DNA of 63,648 nt, filler included, from Hyphochytrium catenoides (Eukaryota > Protista > Hyphochytriomycota): the NCBI GenBank assembly GCA_900088475.1. It is 7 parts of 7 records of this genome, joined end to end, with 100 filler letters (N's around TTAATTAATTAA, not from the genome) between each part and the next. Parts side by side here need not be neighbours in the genome. Positions count along the whole stretch, not along the records: positions 1 to 27,561 come from FLMG01002364.1; positions 27,662 to 30,450 come from FLMG01000103.1; positions 30,551 to 37,695 come from FLMG01000765.1; positions 37,796 to 55,068 come from FLMG01000636.1; 3 more parts are not named here. One strand, 5' to 3'. The position numbers and the translations under genes are program-made. Below the pieces are notes generated by a model. The model had not been told where the DNA came from. It did no database searches and was given only the letters and a program-made list of their open reading frames with translations. The first letter of the stretch is position 1; each line of letters begins with the position of its first letter. Of this stretch, positions 26,782 through 39,001 are shown piece after piece.

Positions 26782-27561
26782 GCTGGACTATTATGCCTGC
26801 GAATGGCAACCTTGACGGGCTTGGCTCTAAGTATAAAGTTGACGGTGCGACTTAAACACCTGCAGTCTGAGGTTTCAGTCTACTTTGATGGTAGGAAAGA
26901 TCAGCGTTTCTATGCGAAGACCCTTCTATGACCTTCCTTAGATCCTACGGACACTCTGGGAGAAGAAGTCATAAACAGAGTCGTTGGCGAGTGCAGATGC
27001 GATGCTGATCAACCAGACAACTCTGCTGCCCTGGAGACCTGCCCGCACGTCTTTCTATTGTTGAGCTTCTTGAGATCTGCACTTTTGATGATTTCTGGTC
27101 GAAGATCATTCGTGAAGTTTATTGCGGATCGCGATATCCTAAGCTAGTCGTATATGAGAAGAATAGCACCTATCCTTTTCGTATTATAGCTCTCCTTGAA
27201 CACCTGTAGGGTGAATAAAGTAATGCCAGATAAATTATAAGGACCTTTACATAGCCTATATAAGAGACTGATCCAGATATTGTCGTATAGATTTGGTTTT
27301 GTTCCAGCCTTGAGACTGAGAAGGAGCCCTAAAGAAAGCAGGCAGACAATCCGAACAGAGCCCAAAGAAAGGCATAAAAAGCAGAAGAGCGCAAGCAGGA
27401 CCGAGACATTGACGAGTGCACAGGCAGATGCGAAGAAAGGGAGAAGACAAGAAGAGGTAGAGGGGACAGGGAAAGGGTGGAGAGAGGAAAAGATATCGGC
27501 TGTGGCGAGAGCAAGCAAGAGATCCATTGAACTCAGGACAAGGTTTCATTTCTACTTCTCA

Positions 27562-27661
27562 NNNNNNNNNNNNNNNNNNNNNNNNNNNNNNNNNNNNNNN
27601 NNNNNTTAATTAATTAANNNNNNNNNNNNNNNNNNNNNNNNNNNNNNNNNNNNNNNNNNNN
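27562..27661. other. Artificial contig-join spacer
   Basis: N44-TTAATTAATTAA-N44, a six-frame stop linker. Confidence 0.97.
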
Positions 27662-28424
27662 AGAGAGAGAGAGAGAGACAAAGACACAGAGAGGGTAGAG
27701 AGAGACAGAGAGAGAGAGGGAGAGAATTTGGCGGCCCGAAGGCTAGCGATACCCAATGTATGGAGGATGTAGAATGGAGAGACGGCATATTGAAGACAGA
27801 TCGCAGGAGGGAGACAGAGGACGGGAAGAGTAAGAAACCAGAGAAGTGAGTGAATATGCCCGGAGCTCGGGCACTCAAACAACGAAATAATAGCTAGGAA
27901 GCTAATTGGTGATGAGTCGACCTAAGGCGCACCTGTGGCACAGTACATCGTCCTTGAGCAGCCCGTCAGGCTGTAAGGGCGACGACTACCATGAGATTGT
28001 ACCGTACTTCGTGCTCCATCCATGGTTTAGAAGGTACCAGAAGTCCTGAACATCACTCAGAGTTTTCAAGAAGGATAAGAGAGCCAGGCTCTTGGGCTTA
28101 TCTAAGTTCAAAGAACCCATCCCTTCTTCTGCTGGACCATTCATCATGCCCTCCCTTGGAGGTGTACACACTTGGAGATAGCAGATGGAACTCATTCAGC
28201 AAACAAGTGAAGCAGCGGTCGGCTGCAGGACGTTACTGATGGGCCAGGGTGAGACCACCATGCCCTTAACCACCACCGGGCCGCCCCTTCCGTTATTTTT
28301 GCAGATCTATATTTGGAGCCACGGCCACACGCTGGGTAACGTCTCTGACAAGCCTTTCTCCCATCATCTACCAGCCCATCACTACCAGCCCGTGTCTCTC
28401 TTTTGGCCTGTCGGCGGGTGGCTC

Positions 28425-29868
28425 TAAGGAAGCTGCTGCTCTCCTTCCCAGCCATTACGACTTGTAGCTAGCATGGCGTCCTCGTTTGGCCTAGTCCGAG
28501 ACGTTTGACAAAGAGAGAGGGAGAACAGAAAGACGGAGAGAAAGAGAAAAGTCGAGAGGAAAAAAAGAGAGGGAGAGGGAGAGAGAGACGGAGAGAGAGT
28601 GCGTGAGAACAAGGGAGAGAAATTGGGAAGAGGAGAGAAAGGAAAGGCCCTAGTCTCCGACTCCGTAACTCCTGGTACTACGGAAGAACTACTAGTTGAT
28701 TGCGAGTCAGCAAGGGCGAGGAGCGAGGAGCTCAGAAGAGAAAGCAAAAGACAGAGGAAAAAAACAACGCAGGAATCCCAGGGAGAGACAAAACAGTAGA
28801 AGTCGGTCAGTACTAGAGCAAAACAGTAGAAGTGGGTCAGTAGTAGAGCAAAACGCCATAGTAGTAGCTCTAGTAGTGGTGAGATATCAGTTATTATAAG
28901 AAACTTCAGGCCAGAGAATGAGTGAATTAGGAGAAGAGAAGGTTCGACCAGAGGCGGTCAGAAAGGTAAAAGACAGTGCGAGAAGAAGATACGAGTGCCT
29001 GCAAAGCTCTTAAGTTACCCAGAAGACAGAGACAGATGAGTGGCATGACAGTGAAGGGAGAGACAGGAACATCTTTAATGTTACGGATCTTGGAGGTAAG
29101 GTGATGAGGTAGAAACTAGTAGGTTATTAGTACCAAATAACCATAGTAACATTAGTGTTTTTTGGCTCACTTCTACTGTTACGCTCAGAGGGACTGTTCT
29201 GAACGCAAACGGTTGTAAGTACTGGATTCCTAATGATAATAATATAAGGGTTGTGCCACTATTTTGCCCAACCTAAATAAGGAAGCTGCTGCTCTCCTTC
29301 CCAGCCATTACGACTTGTAGCTAGCAACGAGCATGAAGTTCCTCGTTTGGCCTAGTCCGAGGCGTTTGACAAAAAGAGAGAGAGGACAGAAAGACAGACA
29401 AAAAGAGAAAAGTCGAGAGACTAAAAGAGAGACAGAGAGACAGAGAGGGCGTGTGAGAACAAGGGAGAGAGCACGAGGAGAGGAAAGAGAGGAAAGGCTT
29501 ATTCGTCTCCTACTTCGTGCCACCTGGTACTACGGTAGAACAACTAGTTGATTGTGAGTCAGAAGGGCGAGGAGCCTCATAAGAGAAAAGCAAAAACGTA
29601 GAGGAAAAGAAAGAACAAGTAGGCATTCCAGGGAGAGACAAAACAGTAGAAGGAGTTCACGCGCAAAGAACAATAGTAGTACTTCTAGTAGTGGGTGAGA
29701 TATCAGTTTGACCAAAGGCGGTCAGAAAGGGAAAGAAAGTGGGAAAAGGAGATAGGGCCATGGACTGGGACAGTCAGTGCCTGCAAAGATGTTATCATCA
29801 TTACAGAAGACAGAGACAAACGAGTGACATAACAGAGAAGGGAGAGACAGGACATCTCTAACGTTACG
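28425..29868. repeat. Diverged direct duplication of about 600-660 bp (28425-29085 and 29278-29868)
   Basis: Both copies start TAAGGAAGCTGCTGCTCTCCTTCCCAGCCATTACGACTTGTAGCTAGCA and end ACAGGA(A)CATCT(T/C)TAA(T/C)GTTACG, with colinear internal blocks. Confidence 0.9.
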
Positions 29869-30450
29869 CCTGAGATATCATCAACGGTTTTTTTTGTCTA
29901 TGGAAAGGCAGGCTTATCGAGGGGAGACGCAACCACTGCTGTCGACTCCACCTAGAAGACCTAGTTATTATTCTACCTGTTGGGAAAGGAAAACAGTGAG
30001 GAAGAAATGGAGGGAGAGAAGGGCCGTGGAGACAGAGAGAGCTGTGGAGACTGTTACCATGACCAACCTTTTTGAATCTTTTTTCATTTATTTATTGCTA
30101 CTACTAATAACTACTAAGAAGTAAAGGAAGAAGCAAAAGATGACGAAAGAAGAAGAAGAAGAGGAGGAAGAAGAAGACGAAGAAGAGGAGGAAGAAGAAG
30201 GAGAGGAAGAAGAAAAGAAACAAGGACGCTATAATTTTTATAAAAAGTGTGATAATTATTTGTTAACTTTGGTACAAAAAGTTGTGCTGTCTAATAAGCT
30301 AAAGATGTAAAACGGTAGCGACCTGTCCTCTGATTTTTGTGGCGGGCCTAAGTGATTATCCTAAAATATGAATACATCTCATTGTACAATACTTCTACTG
30401 TGGATATCTGCTTTTTCATAGATTATTTTATGATATTATTTATAAAAATA

Positions 30451-30550
30451 NNNNNNNNNNNNNNNNNNNNNNNNNNNNNNNNNNNNNNNNNNNNTTAATT
30501 AATTAANNNNNNNNNNNNNNNNNNNNNNNNNNNNNNNNNNNNNNNNNNNN
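30451..30550. other. Artificial contig-join spacer
   Basis: N44-TTAATTAATTAA-N44. Confidence 0.97.
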
Positions 30551-31394
30551 AAGCCGCGAGGCTCAACTTCTGCTCTGCGCCTGCTCCCCTCGACGGAGAA
30601 GAAGGCGAAGAGAGGCATAGCGGGTTTGGCGAAGAAGCCCTAACTACTAGCGCTGGAGAAAAGATAACTTTGTAACAGTCATTCAACAGAGTGGTAGGCT
30701 TTCCGTCGCTACTCATTGTGACACTTCTTCCCTGACTCTTTGGTGTCGCCGCAACGACACAACAGCGCTCGACAGCACAAAAACTGTTATCGTCTCCTGT
30801 GATTTATTTTTCTCTTCTTCTCCCGGTATGTTTATCTTCTTCTTCCCGCCTCGCGACACGTTGGTGGACGTGGAAGATGGAGGGCTTAGTGGCAGGAGTG
30901 GAGTACCACAATAATAAACGTCCCAACTTCGTTCTATCCACTCACCGTACCTGATGCTCCTATGTCTGCAGCCCTTCGAGGAGACGCAGCGGCGACGTAG
31001 CTCAAACCTCTAGAAGCTAAACGCCGGATTAACTGAGAGGCATGAAACAAAGCTATACTCTGCTCGCATAAGTAAGCTGCAGTTGTCAGCGGCATTGCTC
31101 TCTCCCTCTCTCTTTTGCACTTTTTCTCTCCATCTGAGGAGGCGAAGCTGACCACACGGAGTACGGAAGAAGGAAGAGAAAGAAGAGGAAGAAGAAGTGG
31201 AAGAAGAAGAGGACAAGAAAAAGATGGATGGCGGTCAATAAATAGCGCAGAGATGACGGTGTCGTCGTGTCGTCAGACCCTGTCTTCTGCTTGCGTGGTG
31301 ACGGTTTCGGTGCCCTTTCTTCTTTCCCTGCTCCCTCGGCGGGCTTCTTTCCAATCACTCTCTAGCGTCTTTCACGCTTCACCCGATTATTTAG

Positions 31395-32055
31395 AACTCT
31401 CTCGCTCTACTATCATCTCTCACTCTCTTGCCCTTGCCATCTCCTCACTCAATTTTCCATCCAGCCTCCGTTTTCTCTTATTACCCCCTTCCGAAGTATT
31501 CCTTTCCTTTCTTCCTTCTTTTGTTCTTGCCCTTGTGTAGAACTTCTTGCCCTTTACTCGCACTAATCTCTCTCGGCATCTGAGCGCAGTAGAAATGCCG
31601 TGAGACTTGTACTGAGTTCACAACGCGTAGTTCCTGCATCAGAACTTGACGTACGTGCGGGCATCAGCTGATCGGCGCATATCGAATGGTGAATGGTGGA
31701 TCACTTGGCACCTTTTAAGGTCCTTTTCACTGTGCATGAATGGATGTCTGACTGTCTCTCTCTCAACTTATTTCAATTATCCAATCATCACTCTCCTAGG
31801 GTCTTTCACTCCTATCGCTCTACTATAATCTCTCACTCTCTCTTGCCCTTTTCATCTGTTCACTCTACCTTCTTCCCACGTACATACAGGACAGTATCCT
31901 TTTCCCTTCCTCCTCCTCTTGCTCTTCCCCTTTGTAGAACGGCTTGACCTTTACTCACGCTTGCTTCCCCGGCATTCTGAGTACATTAGAAATGCCATGA
32001 GGATCGCACTAAGTTCACCACGAGCTGCGTCTGGATTGGGACCTGACGTACGTGC
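31395..32055 (+). repeat. Tandem duplicated exon-like cassette (110-nt units at 31541-31650 and 31938-32047, each with upstream pyrimidine tract)
   Basis: Both units are flanked by TGTAG| and |GTACGTGC and have the same length. Copy 2 is open (RLDLYSRLLPRHSEYIRNAMRIALSS...). Copy 1 has TAA at 31564-31566 in the same frame. Confidence 0.7.
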
Positions 32056-33099
32056 TAGCACCAACAACTGATTTTCGGGTATTATTAAGGTACTCTTCGC
32101 TGCTCCACCGCGTTGCCTGCTAGAGCTTATAGCTTGAACACGATGCTGTGGCTTTCCCTTCTGCCTCCCACGAGTACGAAGTAATAGTTCTACTAGCTTT
32201 CCCCAATAGGTGATGACGATGGTCAACTCGTTACTCCTGGGTCGTCCCACTTGATCCACCTGATTTGTGAATTGCCTTTCCACCTCATAGACGTGTTGGT
32301 TTCATAAAAAGGCACTTCAACTGAAGGACTAGACAAAGGATCAGTAGTCTGAGTTTTAGGGTCTGAGATCTGAGATGTGGTAGAACTATCAACGATGCGG
32401 AGTATATCGATGCGGAGTATTATCAACTCTCTGCACCAATACCGGACCGCATCCGGATGTGGACCAACATGGATGGGAGCATGGGTCGAGTAAATTTAGC
32501 AAAGGACGGTAGGTCCTCTGGTGTCACAAAAGAGCTCTTTAGTCCTACTACTGATGCTTGGCGAGGGCAGGGCTAGGGTGCAATTGTCGGTAGCTCCAGA
32601 TGCCCCTGGTACAGTTGTACACAGCAGGTGGGTCTTGGCGCTGGGCCGCTGTCGCATAGAACTACTAATCCCTCCCTCGAGAAAATTGGTATGTGTTAGT
32701 TTTTGCGGGGTGGTCTAATTTTTAATCTATCAACTTCCTTTCCCTAACCTTATTTGGACAAGTACTGATTTTAGGACTACTCCTACTATCTCCTACTGCC
32801 AGCAATAAGGTGCAGTTACTATGCCAGTCTTCCTTTACTATTGGCCCTAACCCCTTGGTTCTACATAGTTCTACACTTTCTCTCTTCTGCTCTGAAGAGA
32901 AGGATCATAGAACTTGCTTCTTCTGGCAGAATGGGGATTTCTTCTTCTTGCTTTCGATTAGAATCGCGATTTTTCTGTCGGACGAAGTACACTAGCAACT
33001 ACTTGTACTTGTTCTACTACCCAGAAGAAGAAGAAAAGAAGAGGAGAAAGAAGAAGGAGAACAACAAAAATAGGAACAAGAGGAAGAGAAGAAGAGGCA

Positions 33100-33220
33100 T
33101 GAGCAACAAAGTCGAACAAAGTCTTGGTCTCTTCAACTTACCCCTCGAGAACTAGTATCATGATTCAAACGCGGAGAATCACAGTTGATTTCCTCAGCCA
33201 TAATGATAAGAGGAGGAGAA
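33100..33220 (+). repeat. Dispersed repeat family, copy A
   Basis: CAAAGTCTTGGTCTCTTC...GAATCACAGTTGATTTCCTC, shared with 33945-34160 (+) and 63040-63240 (-). Confidence 0.75.
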
Positions 33221-33944
33221 CAACAGGCATTATAATAAGACCATCCCTTGCTAACAAAAACGAGAAGAGACGCAACCATTTACTACAGTTACTACGCCTA
33301 ATCATAATACCATTAGAGAATCACGAGGATACTCTTGAAAGGATAGTGACATGGATTACCCCATTAGCCGGTCTATCTGATAGAACTAGCGTTACAAAAG
33401 TATCAGGAGGATACTCCTGAAAGCGCTACAACTGCGAGTCTCAATGGGTGAATCCACGTTCCGAACAATCGAAGGTTGTCTCAAACAATATGTCTGTCTG
33501 TGTGATAATTTGTTTGTTGGAATGGCCTTTTATCACTAGTGCTACTACGAACTCAGAAGAAGAGGGAAAAGAAGTAGGAAGGAGACGAAAGAAAAAGGGC
33601 TTTATAGCTCTCGTCTCCTCTTCTTTTCTCTCTTTCTTCTCCATCTTCTTCTCTTTCGTCTCCTTCTCTTTCGTCTTCTTCTTCTCCTCCTCCTCCTTCT
33701 TCGTCTCCTTCTTCGTCTCCTTCTTCTTCTCCTCCTTCTTAATAACTTCTTCTTCTTTTACTTCTACTTATAAAAAAAAGTAGACTTTAGTAGTAGTACT
33801 TCTTCTTAGAATAATCTATGAATATTGTCTACTAAGAAGAAGTAAAAGATGAAGAAAGAAGGAGTAGTTTGTTACTAACAGACTAAATCTAGAAGAAGAA
33901 GAAAGTGAGGAAGAAGAAGAGGAAGGAGAAGAGAAGAAAAGCTA

Positions 33945-34160
33945 AGAAGCCTTAGGCTCTTCCATCATCTCAGCGCCCTGCTCATCATCAGTTAAAGAAG
34001 AATCATAGTTGATTTCCTCAGTAATGATGAGCGGAGAAGAAGGAGGAGGAGGAGGTGAACCACCAGCAACCATGTCATTATCAGCAACCAAGTCATCACC
34101 AGCAACCATGTCAACACCGTCGAGCTCAGCCGTCGCGAGACAAGCAAGAGAAGGTTCCAG
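33945..34160 (+). repeat. Dispersed repeat family, copy B
   Basis: GAATCATAGTTGATTTCCTC, a GA-rich run and CAAGCAAGAG, colinear with copy C. Confidence 0.7.
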
Positions 34161-34359
34161 CTATGAAAGGAAAAACATTAAAAAAAATTAGTAACAAGGA
34201 AGAGGAAAAAAGGAAGAAGAAGCGGAAGAAGAAGAAGAGACAAGAAAAGTTATATAACGCCTTGTAGAAAAGCTATAACGCCATGGTCTCGTCCTCAGGT
34301 CGACCTGCTGTCGCTCTTCATCAGGGGAGAAGAAGGAGGAGGAGGTGAACCACCAACCA

Positions 34360-35655
34360 TTTGTATAGAGGTGTGATCGCTGTGCAACTGTTGTACTATG
34401 ATTAGAGATAGCGCGTTTTCTGTCAAACCAGACGGCCACGGCACATACCCAGCATCCATTTGCCTTCGTAGAAATAAGGACAGACCTCACCACCCAGACC
34501 ATCATGTCATTATTTTGGCCCTGCTTATATTATGCAGCCGGAGGGTGGATTACGCGGGCGAGCAATAGTTCTAGGCGAAGCCTAAGGTAAGGCTACTGAT
34601 AAACATAAATACTGGTTTTAGCTCATGCTGTAGTTCTTCCAGATGATACCGTTGGATCATGATTGTTAGAGATGATACCTGTGAAGATGAAAGGTTCAGC
34701 AGTTTTGGTTTCCTCCTGAATCTTGACATTTTTGCTTCGTCAAAATATACTCGTGAAAGCATATGTTGCCAGAAGAAAGGCATGCATCTTTCTACCGAAG
34801 TAAAGAACAACATTGGAAAGCTTCTGCTGCTCGAGTTCACGGCTCCTGGACGCGATATTCAGGGGAGGACAGGCCCATCAACCTCTCCTAGTAGCAAGGA
34901 ATATTCTTCATCAGTCTCAATACACAGGAGACGAAGGAGCATCGACCTTATGTTGTTAACCGCCCCGCCCAGACCGCCTATTGATGCTTAGGACCCTAAG
35001 CAGCATCATCACTTTGGTTGCATTTCTAAAGTGACCGCTTAGCCCTAAGGCATCGCTTCTTTTCTAAGCCTTCCAAACAATCTCGTGAGCCCAGCAAACA
35101 CTAAAGCTTTCTTCCTGGTATATTTGCCGAGGAGCGTACACTCTACTCGCCCACCCTATCCTGGCAACCGCAGACCAGCCTGGTCTGCGACCCTGAAGGC
35201 GTAGACCCTGTCGCATTTTGGATTTGCATCTAAAACCCGTCACAAATAATGACCGTGTACCTCTCTGTGCGGAGACGTAGGTAGGCAAGAACACCGTCCT
35301 CACCTCTGCCATCAAGAATCACACGTTTCCTTTCTGCCAGTGGTCTCACCGCTCGCGATCCTTTAACATTTGCATACAATGGTGGCGGGACCCTTCTCCT
35401 CCTAGCACGTGTCGTTAGCCCAAGGCCCGTAACTCCTCGGGCCATTTTCGCAGAGAGCAACAATCGGTATGACTGGAACAACCGGTCGGGGACTGGTGTC
35501 TTCATGTCAATCGCCAGTATCCACATCCAACGCGCTACAATTACAATAGAGATGACGGCAAGGACTGATATCGCCATTGTCAGAGTTACTGGAGGTCGGG
35601 CATTAGCCTCATATCCAGAGGTAGACAATGGCCGATACTCCAATGAGACCCCCAT
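34360..35655 (-). pseudogene. Decayed RecQ-like SF2 helicase relic with upstream unknown or recombinase-like region
   Basis: Ordered motif remnants across frames: ALGLSGHFRN (Q-motif-like), LFFTSVER (Ib-like), LSRVYFDEAK..FR (II), QVSSLT (III-like), VLISTKANGCWV...VWF (V-like), VAQRS (VI-like). Stops and frameshifts are present, no introns are evident and there is no clean Walker A. Confidence 0.45.
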
Positions 35656-37695
35656 CCAAGACCTCTCAAGCGTATCTCTTAAGCACTCGACATAGTTTGA
35701 GAAAGGTGGTGCAGCAGTACCAGTCGAAAGGTGAAAAAGTGGGAGCGAAGCGAGACGGAGGAAGTAGTTAGAGTCTGTTCGTACTGCAGGATTTAGAGCA
35801 GGTCTATTAACCCTGATGTTGTATCTAGTTGGAACGACATGTCACGCGAAGAGGAGGCGCCGATGATCCACGCCCTTTTGCGAGAGTTAGTCGTGAATAA
35901 TATCATCCCTCTGCGGCGGCGATGAAGTCAACTGTGGGGTATTCCCTTGACTGACCTTACTATTTGCGCCAAGGGAAGTGATAGCAACGGTTGCTATGGA
36001 GACAACAGCGGACCCCTTTTGAACATACGCAGCGGTTCGCTGTTTGCTGGTACGAAGCCCGTGACAAGAATCGAGGGAATTCGTCATCATGCGGTCCGCG
36101 TTGCTGGTCTTCTGTGCCGGTGTTCTACAGTCCTATTATCTCCACTCTGCGTCCTTTCATTGACTCGGTGCTAGGCTGCGCGACTAAGGCTACCTTCACG
36201 CGCGGTCAGTGTCGAAGCCGGTTATAAGCGCTATCATAAGTAGATCTGTGAGGGCAGAATGAGTATTCTCCTGTTATTAATTGCCTTTATGAAACTTATT
36301 TCATGTCCAAGTAGCTTTCTACTTTCACACGGGCATTTAGCAAAAGGAAACTCCAACTAGAAGTTCTTTCGCGACGAAGGTAAAAGCTTGGGGTAGGGCC
36401 TTACTGACGATGGCTCCCTGATGATATTACCGTTGTTGCGAGTGATGAGCTTTCGCAAAGAAGGTAGGGCCTTAGCAGCTCATAACTCTCTCCCTCGGGC
36501 GAAAGTGCAGGTTATGTCTGTAGGGCGGTGGGGCACCGTCTGATGTCTGAAACTCCAGCAATACTATGAGGAACATTGAGAGGATCTTTAGCATTGGAGA
36601 CTGTTGGATGAACGTCCCATAAGGCTCAAGGAGATAAGACATTGGGTCAGTGCGCCATATGACGACAGATGTGGTGACGCCGTGATGACTTTAATAACGG
36701 GTTAAGCTATAAGTGCCGCGACCGCGTCGCAACAGATATGCTACCACTACTACTACTTACCTGCGACGCCTGGAGCCAGGCTTCCGGAGACAGTTGTGAC
36801 CTCTCTATCATCGACACACTACAACAGTCAACCAAAGCATCTGTCGTCTAGGAAAGCAAGAACAGGGTGAGAGATGGCATAGTCGTCTATACACGTGCTG
36901 CAAGAGTAGACTCAACCACCGGCCGCAAAAGCCGCTGGGTCTTCAGGAAGAGTGGTGGGTGGTGGTGGGAGACGGTCGTCGTTTTGTAGCCATCGTTCCC
37001 TCCCTCCAGCTTTTGCCATTATATAGTCTATTGCAAGTCATCAGCCACGCTGCAGCTGTCCTCGGCTACCTAATAACAACTAGTACCGGAGAAAGCACGA
37101 GGAAGCGAAGCTGTAGAAACAGTGCGGTACCTAGTACCTACGGACTGATGCATGTATGACTTCCTTTGATTCGGGCGGGAAGAAAGCCAGAGAGGAGCAC
37201 GTGGGAGCCGGAGAGGAGCACGTGAGAGCCGACACTTTGAAATGGGGAAACGGCGACATAGAACAGCACCACTACTGTCGTTGTCGCGGCCCCTCTCCTC
37301 TTTGCCCCATGAAGAAAGAATGAAAAAGCAGCACAGTCCCAAGAATGCTCGGTATGATATGAGGCCAGTAGCTCCTTCTTCTGCGCGTTGGCAAACCACT
37401 TATTACTGTCCCTCCTTTCCGTCCTCTTCTTTATAATACCCCCGCTGCTACTTCTTTTTAGTCATGTCGCTTGTCGAAGCACTCAGCAAGCTCTTTCTGT
37501 CTCTTATTATTGGTGAGAATCTCATCTCTTCTCTCCTCTACGACGGCCTCTTTTATTTGGATTCATAGTCCGAGAGCCGGTTTGTAGAACATGAAGTAAT
37601 AATAAGCAGAAAGCTGAAGCGGGCCACAAGCCACAAGCACATTCATTCGCCTAGGACACTACCGTTTTACGGTGCCAGTTGTACCCACACTGTTT

Positions 37696-37795
37696 NNNNN
37701 NNNNNNNNNNNNNNNNNNNNNNNNNNNNNNNNNNNNNNNTTAATTAATTAANNNNNNNNNNNNNNNNNNNNNNNNNNNNNNNNNNNNNNNNNNNN
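37696..37795. other. Artificial contig-join spacer
   Basis: N44-TTAATTAATTAA-N44. Confidence 0.97.
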
Positions 37796-38310
37796 TCTCT
37801 CTCTCTCCCCCTCTCCCTCTCTCTCTCTCTGTGTGTGACTGTGAATGAGACAGGCGATCTAAAAATAACGCCCCAGCTCCCCTTCGAACGGTCTTATTAC
37901 GCCTTTCTCTAAGAATCATAGGGTTATTTTTTTCCATGAACCATCTCTGGTAAGACCTATGTGATCATCTTAGGATGTGTTTGATTACCAACTCAACGTG
38001 ATTATACAGCCTTGTGCTTGTACAATAGTTAGTGCGTTTACTAGTCGTTGGCTAAGCTAGTGGGTTTGTAGTAATACGCCATAGCAAGGAAAACACAAGA
38101 AAAATGTTGCTACTGATGAACCTTTCAATGCTTGAAACTTACAAGGCTCTATAAATATAGAAACCTAGTTGTTTTCCCTTCTTTGTGAAACAATCGAAGC
38201 TTTGCAACTTATCCTTTGGGAGGTGGGTCGGGTCTGGCTCTTCTGGCTCTTGTCCCTTTCACCATCTCTATCCCAGCTTTTCCCATAGTTATTATTAGAA
38301 AGTCCNNNNN

Positions 38311-38347
<37 letters not shown>

Positions 38348-39001
38348 GATAATGAACCAACGGAGGGATTAGCAGCACAACGTGACGAGAGAAAAGACAG
38401 GAGAGAAGAAGAGTACACTTGAGAGGGAGAGAGAAAGAAGAGAAAGAGAGAGAGAGAGAGAGAGTGAAAGAGAGAGAGAGAGAAAGAGAGAGAAGACAGG
38501 GAGAGAAAAGAGAGGGGAAGAGAGAGAGAGAGACGCAATAGTTCAGCTTATCATCGTGCAGTCTTTCTAATACATATGAGCTGTCTGCTCCAACACCATT
38601 TCTGTTGGTTTCAATCCCTCTCACTCTCATCCTGTTACCGCTTCCCTCCCTCCCTCCATCCTTAGTCTGACACAGCCTCTGTTCTCTCTCCTCTCCACAG
38701 TCGAGAGACCGCTTCTTCTGGAGAAAGTACCAGCAGACAAGACCATTCCCTTTATTGCTTCCGCCCATTCTGCTTTATAACCGTGCCCGCCTTCCACTTC
38801 CAGCAGGCTCATCTCTCAAGCTCAGACTCACTATTGCTTCAGACTTCAAAGAGATAAGGGAAAGTCACTGCTAGTGCTGCAACATCGGCAGCTCTTCTCT
38901 TCTCCTCTTGATTGAGCCTGCGCTGGACACATCCACGTTAGTTGAGCTCTCTCTCTCGTCCCAATCTTCCTCTCTCTCTCTTCGCTCTCTCTCTACGCAA
39001 G

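Noticed and set aside
27606-27617. Recurrent palindromic TTAATTAATTAA as a biological site
   Set aside because: It is always centred in exactly 88 Ns, so it is an assembly linker. Gene adjacency across linkers is therefore meaningless.
27986-28455. Short minus-strand ORFs beside the direct repeat
   Set aside because: I could not build an in-phase gene model or recognise a domain.
36773-36790. TACTTACCTG resembling the U1 snRNA 5' end
   Set aside because: No recognisable U1 loops or Sm site follow. It is equally the reverse complement of a CAG|GTAAGT donor.
37189-37231. 21-bp tandem pair containing CACGTG (E-box-like)
   Set aside because: Only two copies and no linked gene; probably local slippage.
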